From Cypionkella sp. (GTDB taxonomy: Bacteria; Pseudomonadota; Alphaproteobacteria; Rhodobacterales; Rhodobacteraceae), in assembly GCA_025458525.1 (NCBI GenBank), contig JALOSF010000002.1, positions 1,159 through 65,158 on the forward strand: 64,000 bases of DNA, given 5' to 3'. Below are positions 9,170-18,401 of this stretch, piece by piece. The notes beneath the pieces are model-generated. The model was not told where the DNA came from. It saw only the letters and a program-made list of their open reading frames with translations, and searched no databases. The position numbers were made by a program, and so were the translations under genes. Numbering within the stretch: position 1 is the first letter of the stretch; each line of letters opens with the position of its first letter.

Positions 9170-10258
9170 ATGGCACGCTCCCGTAGATCCGAGGCGCTGT
9201 TCAATGACGCACGCGCCACCGAAGACGCCCTGCGCGACGCCCTGCACAGGCTGAGCGCGCGACTGTCCGGCCGCAGCGCCCGCCGGGGCAGCGTGGCCGA
9301 AGATGTGCTTGGCCTTGCCACCGGCCCCTTGGGGCAGACGGTTCTAGCCGGGGCCGCCACCCGCGCCTTGCGCAGCTATCCGCTGGCCACCGTGCTGGTC
9401 GGGGCGGGCCTTGCCTGGCTGGCCCTGGCACCGCGCCGCGAGGACAGGCTGACCGATACGGTTGCCGATACGATCGAGGACTGGCACGCCCGCGCCGATG
9501 CGGCCCGCGATGCCGCCCGCGACCGCCTTGCCGCGCTGTATGACGAGATGTCGGAACGTGGCGCGGACGCCGCCGCCTTTGCCCGGAAAAAGGCGACCGT
9601 CACCGCCGATCTGGCGGCCGATCTTGCCGATGCCTTCGCGCATGGATTGCAGGACATGACGGCCGAGGCCGCCGACCGCATCATCGCCGCGCGCGAACGG
9701 GCCTATGCCGCCTTTGCCTCGGGGGCCGAGGCGGTGGAGGATCGGGTGGAGGATCTGGATGATGACGCAAGGGATGACCGCACCCTGCTGCGCCGCCATC
9801 CGGTCGCCTCTGCCGCTGTGGCGCTTGCGCTGGGTGCGGCACTGGCGACGGCCTTGCAGGCCAATCGGCGCGATGGCGAAAGTTTGCGCGACTCGGCCAG
9901 TGATCTGATGGCCAAGGCGCGCAAGGCCTTTGACCACGAGCGTGACCGCGCGAACGATGCCCTGTCCGAGGCGGCCTCGGCCCTGCGCGAGCGTGGCACC
10001 GAGGCGGCGCTGGCCATGGTGTCCGACCTTTCGGCCATTCTGGAACGTGCGCGCGGCACCGGGCAGGATCTGGCCGAAGATCTCGCCGAAAATCTGGGCG
10101 ATGCCGCCGAGGACGCCGAAGAAGCGGTGCGCAAAACCGCGCGCCGTGCTGCGGCCAAGGTGAATGGCGCCGCAAAACGTGTGACCACCCCGTCGCGCAA
10201 CCGCCGCAACGCCGCACAAAAGCTGGCCGACAAGCTGACCGGCGGCCGCCCGAACTGA
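9170..10258 (+). CDS. Ala/Asp-rich helical protein (DUF3618/ElaB-like architecture)
   Basis: Strong AAGGAG RBS; two hydrophobic segments (YPLATVLVGAGLAWL, HPVASAAVALALGAAL) in a coiled-coil-like background. Confidence 0.7.
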   Translation: MARSRRSEALFNDARATEDALRDALHRLSARLSGRSARRGSVAEDVLGLATGPLGQTVLAGAATRALRSYPLATVLVGAGLAWLALAPRREDRLTDTVADTIEDWHARADAARDAARDRLAALYDEMSERGADAAAFARKKATVTADLAADLADAFAHGLQDMTAEAADRIIAARERAYAAFASGAEAVEDRVEDLDDDARDDRTLLRRHPVASAAVALALGAALATALQANRRDGESLRDSASDLMAKARKAFDHERDRANDALSEAASALRERGTEAALAMVSDLSAILERARGTGQDLAEDLAENLGDAAEDAEEAVRKTARRAAAKVNGAAKRVTTPSRNRRNAAQKLADKLTGGRPN

Positions 10259-10309
10259 TCCGACGGCCTCTGTTCCTCTTTCCTCAGCCCGGTCTGGGCA
10301 CCCCCACCT

Positions 10310-10338
10310 GACCCATGGCCCCGGCCATGGGTCTTTTT
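10310..10338 (+). terminator. Intrinsic terminator
   Basis: GACCCATGGCC-CC-GGCCATGGGTC followed by TTTTT. Confidence 0.75.
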
Positions 10339-10359
10339 CGCGTTTTCTGGAGGCGGTGT

Positions 10360-11904
10360 TCAGACCATTTCGGGCGGCAAGAACGGCACCGGCGTTCCGA
10401 ACTTTTCCGCCGCCCGCAGATCATAGGGCAGGATAAAGCCTTGCCGCGCCTCTGGCGCACGGGCGGCATTCGACAGGGCAAGCCCGCGCCACGCCTCCAC
10501 CGCCGTCTCGGACGAAAAGAAGCGCGCATCGGCCCCGTCGGGCAGCCAATGGGCCATGGCCCTGTTGCGCAGATCGGACACCACCGCCGGATCGTGCAAA
10601 GCCACCCCCGCTTCGGTATCCCAGCGCATCGACCGCCCGTTCAGATTGGCCGAGGACACCAGCGCGACATGGTCGAACACCGAAATCTTGGCATGCACAT
10701 AGATCAGGGGGGCGTCAGACAGAAGATCGCGCCCTTCCTTTTGCCGCGCGCGCCCACGACGGCGCTGCGCTGGCCCGCCGATGAACAGCCGCGCGCCAAA
10801 GGCCCGCTTCAACCGCCGCAGACAGCGCGCCTGATGCCATTCGCCCATCTGCGAATCCAGACCGTCCTTGCCCTCGAAGGCCAGCTCCTCTGGCGCGCCC
10901 GGCAGGATCAGGATCAACCGCAGGTCGGGGCGCCGCCGCGCCGCCGCACAAAGCGCCCGCGTCAAGGGGCCGTCGCGGAAATACTGACTTTCCAGATAGA
11001 TAAGCCCCTTGGCCGCAGAAATCGCAGCCAGATGCGCGTCGTAAATCCCCTGCATCAGCGGATCGGGACCAAAGCGCCACGGCTGGCCGCGCCGCTTGCG
11101 CGACAGCGTGACCAGAAGATCGCCCGTCGGCTCGGGCGCCGCGTGTCCCGCGCAGACCGCTTCGAACCGTTCCAGATGGCGGGCGGCATCGGCGGCCACC
11201 GGCCCCTCGACCAAAAGTTGCACGTCATGCCAGGTCTGGTCGGAGGCGCGCCGGTGATCGGGGTCGTCATAGCGCCGCTCGTTCAGGTCAAGCCCGCCGA
11301 CATAAAGGCGCTTGCGGTCAAACACCGCGATCTTCTGGTGGTGCGTGCCGGGGTAAAGCACCGGCACCGGCCAAAGCCGCGGCCGCACCCGGCCATCCGC
11401 CCGAACCCGCATCAGCGCGGCAAGACCCGGCATGTCGCGCAGCGCCGTGCTGCGCAGCGCGGGCGCCAGCCGGTTAAGCCAGCCCGCCGCGCGCCAAAGC
11501 CGCGCCATGATCAGCGGCGAGATGAACAGCCGCGGGATCCACCCCGTGCTGGCCGGATGGCGGGCTGCCCGCACCTCTAGCCGCGCGCCCGGCCCTGCCA
11601 CTTCGGCCGCCGCCTGAAGCAGGCGCAGCGCGCGCCAGGTCGCGCGATGCCCCTTGGAGCGCGCCACCGGATCGAAGTCGGACAGGGTCAGCCGGATCGC
11701 CACCCCGCGGCGCAGGCAATGGACGATCAGATCAAACCAGCGCGTCCCGACGGCCAGAGCCTCGGGCGAGCGCAGGCGGGTTTCGGGATCGAAAACCATA
11801 AAACTGCCGATGATCTCGGCCTCGGCGGCCAAAAAGGCGCGTTCCAGCGCCGGATAGGCCTCGGCTGCGGTGATGAAGATCGCGGGCGGCGACCCTTGGG
11901 TCAT
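10360..11904 (-). CDS. Phospholipase D superfamily protein
   Basis: Two HxKxxxxD motifs (HQKIAVFD, HAKISVFD), WHD, SANLNGRS; ATGA overlap with the upstream kinase. Confidence 0.9.
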   Translation of the reverse strand: MTQGSPPAIFITAAEAYPALERAFLAAEAEIIGSFMVFDPETRLRSPEALAVGTRWFDLIVHCLRRGVAIRLTLSDFDPVARSKGHRATWRALRLLQAAAEVAGPGARLEVRAARHPASTGWIPRLFISPLIMARLWRAAGWLNRLAPALRSTALRDMPGLAALMRVRADGRVRPRLWPVPVLYPGTHHQKIAVFDRKRLYVGGLDLNERRYDDPDHRRASDQTWHDVQLLVEGPVAADAARHLERFEAVCAGHAAPEPTGDLLVTLSRKRRGQPWRFGPDPLMQGIYDAHLAAISAAKGLIYLESQYFRDGPLTRALCAAARRRPDLRLILILPGAPEELAFEGKDGLDSQMGEWHQARCLRRLKRAFGARLFIGGPAQRRRGRARQKEGRDLLSDAPLIYVHAKISVFDHVALVSSANLNGRSMRWDTEAGVALHDPAVVSDLRNRAMAHWLPDGADARFFSSETAVEAWRGLALSNAARAPEARQGFILPYDLRAAEKFGTPVPFLPPEMV

Positions 11905-13715
11905 GACGCCGTGGCCCCTGCATCCGGCGAAGGCCGGTCTGGCGCCTGGGCGGCCGCCCGCTCCTCGCCCTCGCTCAGGGGGCGCAGCGGAAATTCAAGG
12001 CGCAGCGCGTATCCGTCCTCCTCACGCCCGCGGTGCACCGTGCCATTGACCTGCTGGGCAAAGGCGTTGAGCAGTTGCGAGCCAAAGCCGTCGGACCCTT
12101 GCACCCAGGTCTGACCATCGTCCCCCGGCTGCACGATCCGGTTCGACAACATGAAGCGCGCCATGCCGCCACCCGCCCGTTCCAGCCGCAGCACCACGCG
12201 CGACCGCGCGGCACCGCCCGTCCAGGCGTGCTTGATGACATTCGCCATCCCCTCGGTCAGGAACAGCGCCAGCGGAACCGCCTGATCCGGGGTCAGGCGA
12301 ATGTCATCCACCCGGGCGTCCAGTTCGAACTGGCGCCCCGGTGCCGAGCCGATGTGCAGCAGATCGCGCGCCACGCGCGGCAACAGCTCGTCGGCGCGCA
12401 CATCTGTCAGACCGCTGGTCTGGTAAAGCTCGCGGTGCACCGTCGCCAGGCTGATCACCCGGTCCTGCACGGTGCGCATCGCCTCCTTCGCCTCGGCGGT
12501 GCGTGCGCCGCGCAACTGCATGTTCAGGATCGAGGCGATCAGTTGCAGGTTGTTCTTCACCCGGTGATGCACCTCGCGCAGCAGCACTTCCTTCTGGTGG
12601 ATGATGTTTTCCAGATCCGCCTCGTTGCGCAGCACCGCCTCGGTCATCCGCTCATAGGCTTGGCCGACCGATCGCAATTCCAGCGCCGCCCCTTCCATCG
12701 GCAGGGGTGGCACCTGGCGCGCGCCCGCCGCAAAGGCGGTGATCCGGTCGCGCAGCGCCCGCACATGGCGAAGGACCTGACTTTCGGCCGCAAGCCAAGC
12801 CACAAGCAGGCTGGCCGCCCACATCAGCGCCGGAAACAGAAACGCCGGAAAACTGCCTTCGAGGATCGTGTCATCCAGCCGCGTCGCGGGCCATGATCCC
12901 AGAAGGAACAGCGCCCCCGCCTGAAGCGGCACCACGGCAAAGGCGCGCCGCTGGCCCGATTGCGTCAGATCGACAAAACTCGTGCCGCTCGATTGGGAAA
13001 ACTCCGACAGCGGGCGGTTCGCGGGCAGGCTGCGCTGCCCCGCCTCCATGCCGATGCTTGACGACAAAAGCGTTCCGGCCGCATCGAAAGTCATCAAGGA
13101 CAGCGGCTGCGGCTCTCCCTCGGTGCGGGCCGCTTCGCGCGCCAGCATCTGCTGGGGCAGCGACAGGATGATCAGCCCTGTCAGATCGCCACCCGGCCCG
13201 AAAACCGGATGCGAAAACACCAGAACCGATGCGCCCGACACCGGCCCCTGTTCGCTGACCGTCATCATCGGCTTGGGCTCTGCGATCATCTGCGCCAAAG
13301 CGGGGCTGGCGGACAGGTCACGCTCGGCATTGCCCGACCCACAGACCATCTGGCCGTCGGGCGGCACGAAACCGGCAAAGACCACCCGCCCGATATTGGA
13401 CGCGACCAGATTGTCCATCACCGCCCGACAGGCGGGCAGATCGGCCGGATCGGTCAGATCGATGACCGAGGGCAGCGTGGCCGCAAGCGTCGCCGCCTTG
13501 GCCTGCGCCGTCACGATTTCCGCAATCAAAGGCGACGCCGCGACAAGGGTTTCGCCCTTGATCGCGGTCGTCACCCGCCCTTCGGACAGGCGGGCGGTCT
13601 GCACACCCTGAACATAGCTGAGAATGGCAAGGGGAAGCAGCGCCACCCCCATCACCGCCATCAGCCGGAATCCAAGGCCTGCAAACCGCCGCTTGACTGC
13701 GGCACGCTTGCTCAT
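11901..13715 (-). CDS. Membrane sensor histidine kinase of the GSR locus (HisKA_2 type)
   Basis: TM-periplasmic-TM-HAMP-like layout; EVHHRVKNNLQ H-box; ATGA overlap with ecfG. Confidence 0.9.
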   Translation of the reverse strand: MSKRAAVKRRFAGLGFRLMAVMGVALLPLAILSYVQGVQTARLSEGRVTTAIKGETLVAASPLIAEIVTAQAKAATLAATLPSVIDLTDPADLPACRAVMDNLVASNIGRVVFAGFVPPDGQMVCGSGNAERDLSASPALAQMIAEPKPMMTVSEQGPVSGASVLVFSHPVFGPGGDLTGLIILSLPQQMLAREAARTEGEPQPLSLMTFDAAGTLLSSSIGMEAGQRSLPANRPLSEFSQSSGTSFVDLTQSGQRRAFAVVPLQAGALFLLGSWPATRLDDTILEGSFPAFLFPALMWAASLLVAWLAAESQVLRHVRALRDRITAFAAGARQVPPLPMEGAALELRSVGQAYERMTEAVLRNEADLENIIHQKEVLLREVHHRVKNNLQLIASILNMQLRGARTAEAKEAMRTVQDRVISLATVHRELYQTSGLTDVRADELLPRVARDLLHIGSAPGRQFELDARVDDIRLTPDQAVPLALFLTEGMANVIKHAWTGGAARSRVVLRLERAGGGMARFMLSNRIVQPGDDGQTWVQGSDGFGSQLLNAFAQQVNGTVHRGREEDGYALRLEFPLRPLSEGEERAAAQAPDRPSPDAGATAS

Positions 13716-14287
13716 GCGGCCTGAAATCCGGACCGGCCCATCACGGCAAGCGTGGCCCCTGATTGCTCGGCCAGGATATCCTCGCCCTCGGCCATGCCCA
13801 GAAGTTCGCACAGACGGGCGCGGGCGCGGTTGGCGCGGCTTTTGGCGGTGCCGACCGCAACGCCCATCATCTGCGCGGCCTCCTCATAGGAATAGCCATT
13901 CGCCCCGACCAGCACCAGAACCTCGCGGTGTTCGGGTGACAGCTTGTCAAAGGCGCGGCTGAAATCGGTAAAGGCAAGGCGCCCGTCGTGATGCGGCTTT
14001 TCGAACATCGTTGCGGCATGGGCACCGTCGGTATCCGACACTTCGCGCCGGGTCTTGCGCTTGGACGAAAAGAAGGTGTTGCGCAGGATGGTGAACAGCC
14101 AGGCCCGCATATCGGTGCCGACGGTGAACTTGTCGATGTTCGACCAGGCCTTGAGGATGGTTTCCTGCACCAGATCGTCGGCTTCGCTGACATTGCGGGT
14201 CAAGGAGATGGCAAAGGCGCGCAAGGACGGAATGTGATCGGGCATCGCGTCACGCGGGTCCTCTGCCGCCATTGGCAAGGAGGTCAT
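13712..14287 (-). CDS. ecfG: ECF sigma factor EcfG (ECF15)
   Basis: LRAFAISLTRN..ADDLVQET, AWLFTILRN, GTAKSRANRAR; flanked by nepR and phyR. Confidence 0.92.
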   Translation of the reverse strand: MTSLPMAAEDPRDAMPDHIPSLRAFAISLTRNVSEADDLVQETILKAWSNIDKFTVGTDMRAWLFTILRNTFFSSKRKTRREVSDTDGAHAATMFEKPHHDGRLAFTDFSRAFDKLSPEHREVLVLVGANGYSYEEAAQMMGVAVGTAKSRANRARARLCELLGMAEGEDILAEQSGATLAVMGRSGFQAA

Positions 14288-14439
14288 TTCTTGCCCTCCT
14301 TTGCCTTCAGTTGCTCGAGCAGCAGCTTGAAGCGATCTGGAACTTCTTCCTTCAGCGCATCCTCATAGACGCGCTTGAGGTTCTCGTCGATGTCCTTGCG
14401 CAAACTGGACTTCTGATTGTCACCCGACATATGTTCCAT
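14284..14439 (-). CDS. nepR: NepR anti-sigma factor, not in the ORF track
   Basis: Hand translation: MEHMSGDNQKSSLRKDIDENLKRVYEDALKEEVPDRFKLLLEQLKAKEGKK; ATGA overlap with ecfG; alternative start at 14430. Confidence 0.92.
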   Translation of the reverse strand: MEHMSGDNQKSSLRKDIDENLKRVYEDALKEEVPDRFKLLLEQLKAKEGKK

Positions 14440-14471
14440 CTTACTCTTTCGTCGTTCCCGCATTTATTCAT

Positions 14472-14503
14472 GGAACCAAACGCGAAGCTAGGGCGTTGGT
14501 TCC
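14472..14503. promoter_or_regulatory. Overlapping divergent sigma-EcfG promoters for phyR (+) and nepR-ecfG (-)
   Basis: Plus: GGAAC-N17-CGTT (14472-14497); minus: GGAAC-N16-CGTT (14479-14503). Confidence 0.85.
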
Positions 14504-14531
14504 ATAGAAAACGAAACTTGGGGAGAAAATA

Positions 14532-15341
14532 ATGCCCGGCTCTGCACCCTTCGACCTGACGACGGCCATCGCCGCCGACCTGCCTTTCCTGCGCCGCTAT
14601 GCGCGTGCGCTCACGGGAAGCCAGGACAGCGGGGATCGTTATGCCGCTGCCACGTTGGAGAGCATTCTGATCGAAGACGCGCCCGTGCGCGAGGCCTCGA
14701 CGCCGCGCGTCGGGCTGTTTCACTGCTTTCACCGCGTCTGGCAAAGCGCGGGCGCCCCGCTTGACGCCGAGGAGGATATCCTTGCCCGCCGTGCGCAGGT
14801 GCACATGGCGGGCCTGACGCCGAATTCGCGCGAGGCGCTGTTGCTGCACGCGATCGAAGGCTTTGACCGCGCCGCCATCGCCGAGATCATGGATCAGGGC
14901 GAGGATGAGGTCCAAGCCCTGCTGGATGCCGCCATCCGCGAGATGGAGGCCTCTGTCACCGGCAAGGTCATGGTCATCGAGGATGAGGCGATCATCGCCA
15001 TGGACATCGTCGATATCGTGGGCCAGATCGGCCACAAGGTCACGGGCGTGGCCCGCACCCGCCGCGAGGCGGTCGAATTGGCGGCGCGCGACCGGCCGGA
15101 CCTGATCCTGTCGGACATCCAGCTTGCCGACGATTCCTCGGGCATCGATGCGGTGAACGACATCCTGGCGCAGTTCGACGATATCCCGGTGATCTTCATC
15201 ACCGCCTTCCCCGAACGTCTGCTGACCGGCGACAAGCCCGAACCCGCCTTCCTGATCACCAAACCCTTCTCGGAAGAACAGGTCCGCTCGGCGGTCAGTC
15301 AGGCGATGTTCTTTTCCTCGACCGAAACGCTGCACGCCTGA
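14532..15341 (+). CDS. phyR: PhyR anti-anti-sigma response regulator
   Basis: Sigma-like N-terminus LPFLRRYARALTGSQ and C-terminal receiver (IEDE, DIQLAD, FITAFPERLLTG, KPF). Confidence 0.95.
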   Translation: MPGSAPFDLTTAIAADLPFLRRYARALTGSQDSGDRYAAATLESILIEDAPVREASTPRVGLFHCFHRVWQSAGAPLDAEEDILARRAQVHMAGLTPNSREALLLHAIEGFDRAAIAEIMDQGEDEVQALLDAAIREMEASVTGKVMVIEDEAIIAMDIVDIVGQIGHKVTGVARTRREAVELAARDRPDLILSDIQLADDSSGIDAVNDILAQFDDIPVIFITAFPERLLTGDKPEPAFLITKPFSEEQVRSAVSQAMFFSSTETLHA

Positions 15342-15363
15342 CAGGGTGCACGCCACTCTTGCG

Positions 15364-15395
15364 AACGCCCGCCAACCGGCGGGCGTTTTTCTTTT
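15364..15395 (+). terminator. Intrinsic terminator after phyR
   Basis: AACGCCCGCC-AACC-GGCGGGCGTT plus T-tract. Confidence 0.8.
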
Positions 15396-15410
15396 ATATT
15401 CAGTATTTTG

Positions 15411-15435
15411 GGAACCATACCTGATGCCGCGCGTT
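15411..15435 (+). promoter_or_regulatory. Sigma-EcfG-type promoter
   Basis: GGAAC-N16-CGTT. Confidence 0.8.
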
Positions 15436-15485
15436 AACATGGTAAGCGCGGGAAGACTGCGCATCACCTTTGGAAAGGATCTCTC

Positions 15486-15968
15486 ATGTTCCGCAAGATT
15501 CTGATGACCACGACCGCAGCCTTGCTTGCAACCGCAGCCATGGCGCAAGACACCATGATCAAGGAAGTGGAGGTCGCCGCCGACATCACCGCCGTGAGCA
15601 ATGCCGAGGCTGCCGCCTACTGGACCAACATGGCCGACGACCTTGAAAACGCCATCGTGGCCCGCCTTGTTGACCGGACCGCCGAAGACGGCGCAAAGAT
15701 CTCGGTCGATATTGACGAATTGTCCCTGGCCAACTCGTTCCAGAACCAGCTGGGTCTGGAAGACGCGGTTCTGGTGGGCAAGGTTGCCGTCACCAGCGCA
15801 ACCGACAATGCGGTGTTTGACGGTTACGAGCTGACCATCACCGCTGTCAATGCGCAGGCCTTTGCGCCCGATGGCATGGTGCTGGAAGGCGCGTTCACCG
15901 ACACGCCGGAGTATTACCAGGCCCTGATCTCGGCCTTTGCCGATGGGGTCGTGACCCGCCTGAAGTAA
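15486..15968 (+). CDS. Secreted acidic hypothetical protein
   Basis: Sec signal peptide (…ATAAMA/QD), AAAGGA RBS, own promoter and terminator. Confidence 0.85.
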   Translation: MFRKILMTTTAALLATAAMAQDTMIKEVEVAADITAVSNAEAAAYWTNMADDLENAIVARLVDRTAEDGAKISVDIDELSLANSFQNQLGLEDAVLVGKVAVTSATDNAVFDGYELTITAVNAQAFAPDGMVLEGAFTDTPEYYQALISAFADGVVTRLK

Positions 15969-15985
15969 GCGCCAAGGCCGACACG

Positions 15986-16011
15986 GGCCCCGGAGAAATC
16001 CGGGGCCTTTT
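15986..16011 (+). terminator. Intrinsic terminator
   Basis: GGCCCCGGA-GAAA-TCCGGGGCC-TTTT. Confidence 0.8.
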
Positions 16012-16047
16012 CATATCTGCCGCAGCCCGCCCGCAGATCACAGGACT

Positions 16048-16079
16048 AAAAAAATGGCCCCCAATCGCCTGGGGGCCAT
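16048..16079 (-). terminator. Intrinsic terminator after dps
   Basis: ATGGCCCCCA...TGGGGGCCAT hairpin with a T7 tract on the minus strand. Confidence 0.75.
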
Positions 16080-16141
16080 GTCGCGTTTCGCCGATTTGCG
16101 GATCAAGCCCGCCGTATCACTTGGCCCTTGTTGGGCCCGCG

Positions 16142-16636
16142 TCACTTGGCGGTGGCACGCAGCATCCACGCCGCTTTTTCGTGAAAGGCACAGCGCGCGG
16201 TCAACAGATCCGCCGTCGCCACATCGTCGCCGTCCTCGGCCTTGCCGATCACCTCACGCATGCGGCGCACCACGGCTTCGTGGTCGCTGGCCAGATCCTC
16301 GACCATGTCTTGCGCCGAGCCGAGCTTGGCCGGATCGGTCACGCAAGACTGTTTGGTGATTTCCGACAACTGGAACGGGGCGATCCGGCCCAAGGCCCGG
16401 ATCCGTTCGGCCAGATCGTCGGCGGCCTTGAACAGGTTGTTGTATTGCGCCTCGGTCAGCACATGGATCGAATGGAACATCGGGCCTTCGACATTCCAAT
16501 GCACCGCATGGGTCTTGAACAACAGCCGATAGCTGTCTGACAGCGCCTCGGACAGGCCCTTTGCAATCGCGACAACGCCGGTGATCCCCGTGTCGATCTT
16601 GTCGGACCCGGGCACAGCCTTCAATGCTTCTGACAT
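16142..16636 (-). CDS. dps: Dps family DNA-protecting ferritin-like protein
   Basis: KTHAVHWNVEGPMFHSIH, DDLAERIRALG, HEKAAWML. Confidence 0.93.
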   Translation of the reverse strand: MSEALKAVPGSDKIDTGITGVVAIAKGLSEALSDSYRLLFKTHAVHWNVEGPMFHSIHVLTEAQYNNLFKAADDLAERIRALGRIAPFQLSEITKQSCVTDPAKLGSAQDMVEDLASDHEAVVRRMREVIGKAEDGDDVATADLLTARCAFHEKAAWMLRATAK

Positions 16637-16688
16637 GATATACGTCCTTTCCGTTATGGCCACCCGAACGGGCCGCCTTGTGGAAGTG

Positions 16689-16713
16689 AACGCCCCCTTG
16701 CCCTGTCGGTTCC
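16689..16713 (-). promoter_or_regulatory. Sigma-EcfG-type promoter upstream of dps
   Basis: Minus strand GGAAC-N16-CGTT. Confidence 0.8.
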
Positions 16714-17748
16714 CTATCCCATGGCAAGGTCGGGTGAAAAGATCACCACCCGCCCGCGCCCCGCCCGTTTGGCGGCATAAAGGGCGGTGTCGGCATCTTG
16801 CAGCATGCGGTCGGCATCGGGCGCCTCATAGCAGGTCGAAACGGTCAACCCGACGCTGACCCCGATCTGGCATAGATGATCCTCGAACGGGATCGGCACC
16901 GACAGTGCGGCGACGATACGCTCTGCCACCGCTGTCAGAACCGCGCGGTCCACCAGACCGGGCAGCAGGATCACGAATTCATCCCCCCCGACCCGGGCCA
17001 CCAGATCGCCGGCCCGCGTTTCGGCGGAAAGCACCTGCGCGACACAGCGCAACACCTGATCCCCCGCCGCATGGCCCAGCGTGTCGTTCACCGCCTTGAA
17101 GCGATCAAGGTCCAGATGCATCACCGCAAAGGGCACCGGCCCCGCCACCGCCTGACCCAAACCATGGTCCAGCGCGCGGCGGTTGCGCAAGCCGGTCAGC
17201 GTGTCGGTCAGCGCCTGTTCCTCGGCCTCGGACTTGGCGCCCTGCAAGCGATGGTTCAACCGTTGCAATTCGCCCAAGACCGCGCGCTTGGCCTCCACCA
17301 GATAGAGCATTTCGACCGTGAGGTCGGTCGCGGCGAAATCGGCATCGGTCAGCCCGTGGCGACCCACCGCCTCCACCACGCCGATCCCGAAGGACAGGTT
17401 GATGACCAACCCCGCCTCGGCATCCCCCAGGGCAAGGCCGCGAAACTCTGCCCCCGGGGCCTGATCGGCGCCAAGGCGCAGCGCAAGGTGCAGCCGCGCC
17501 CCCTGCCGGGCCGCCAGATCGGCCATAGCCTGAACCCCCGCGGGGCGACGCACCTCGAACAGGGCAAAGAAATCCTGTCCCAGCAGCGGCGCGCCGGCCG
17601 CGATCTTGCCAAGTGTCGGGCCATGCCCGCGAATCCGCCCGCCCGCATCCAGATGCAGATGCATCGGCATCAGCCGGTCAAGCGCCGCCGCCGCAAGCGT
17701 GACGCGACGCCCCCGCATGCCCCCCGCGGTTCCCTGACCGTCATCCAT
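16714..17748 (-). CDS. Diguanylate cyclase with HNOBA/PAS-like N-terminal domain
   Basis: DTLTGLRNRR, DLDRFKAVND, I-site RAGD, GGDEF; N-terminal LDRLMPMHL...FEVRRP...LTDADFA resembles HNOBA. Confidence 0.9.
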   Translation of the reverse strand: MDDGQGTAGGMRGRRVTLAAAALDRLMPMHLHLDAGGRIRGHGPTLGKIAAGAPLLGQDFFALFEVRRPAGVQAMADLAARQGARLHLALRLGADQAPGAEFRGLALGDAEAGLVINLSFGIGVVEAVGRHGLTDADFAATDLTVEMLYLVEAKRAVLGELQRLNHRLQGAKSEAEEQALTDTLTGLRNRRALDHGLGQAVAGPVPFAVMHLDLDRFKAVNDTLGHAAGDQVLRCVAQVLSAETRAGDLVARVGGDEFVILLPGLVDRAVLTAVAERIVAALSVPIPFEDHLCQIGVSVGLTVSTCYEAPDADRMLQDADTALYAAKRAGRGRVVIFSPDLAMG

Positions 17749-17763
17749 GGCGCGGCCCCACCC

Positions 17764-18351
17764 TCATGCCGCCCCCAACGCCAGATCGAAGGGCCGCCCT
17801 TCGGCATGGGCTTCATCCAGCAGGTGGATCGAGATCACCTCGCCCTCGGCCGTCTGAACCGCCATGTCAAGCAGCACAAGCGCGCCGTAATCATCGGCCA
17901 TCGCCCGCAACAGCCCCATCAGGATGAACCCTGCCCCGGCAAAGGGCGGGCGGGCGACAAGGTTGAACTGCCCCGCCCCCAGATCCTCCAGCCGCAAGCC
18001 GGGCAGCGACAGATCGGGCAAGGCCAGTCTGGCACGATCGGGCAATTCCTCAAGCGAATGCAGGAAATCGACAAAGCTCACCCCGCCAAAGCGCAGCAGG
18101 CGGCGCAGGCCATGGCGGCTGCGGTGCGAGACAAGGGCCGTGCCCACATCTTCCAGCACCGTTTCGCGCGGGCGCTGCAATTCGTTGCAGATCGCGGCGA
18201 TCACCGCATCGGTCAGGGGTGCGTCATACATCAGCAAAGGCTCAAAGCTGTCAAAGCCAAGGCCCGCGCGTGCAACCACGCGCCGCCACGTTGCCATGCC
18301 GTGCCGTTCCTTCACAAAGTTTTCCAAGGCACGATTGATCAGCCCAAGCAT
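17764..18351 (-). CDS. H-NOX (HNOB) domain protein, atypical
   Basis: MLGLINRALENFV...G...W, LLRFGG.SF.DFL.SL; upstream of the DGC. Confidence 0.8.
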   Translation of the reverse strand: MLGLINRALENFVKERHGMATWRRVVARAGLGFDSFEPLLMYDAPLTDAVIAAICNELQRPRETVLEDVGTALVSHRSRHGLRRLLRFGGVSFVDFLHSLEELPDRARLALPDLSLPGLRLEDLGAGQFNLVARPPFAGAGFILMGLLRAMADDYGALVLLDMAVQTAEGEVISIHLLDEAHAEGRPFDLALGAA

Positions 18352-18401
18352 GACCAGCCCCTTTCCCCGGGCATCCGACAGCGCAAGGCTAGGCCAGAGG
18401 T

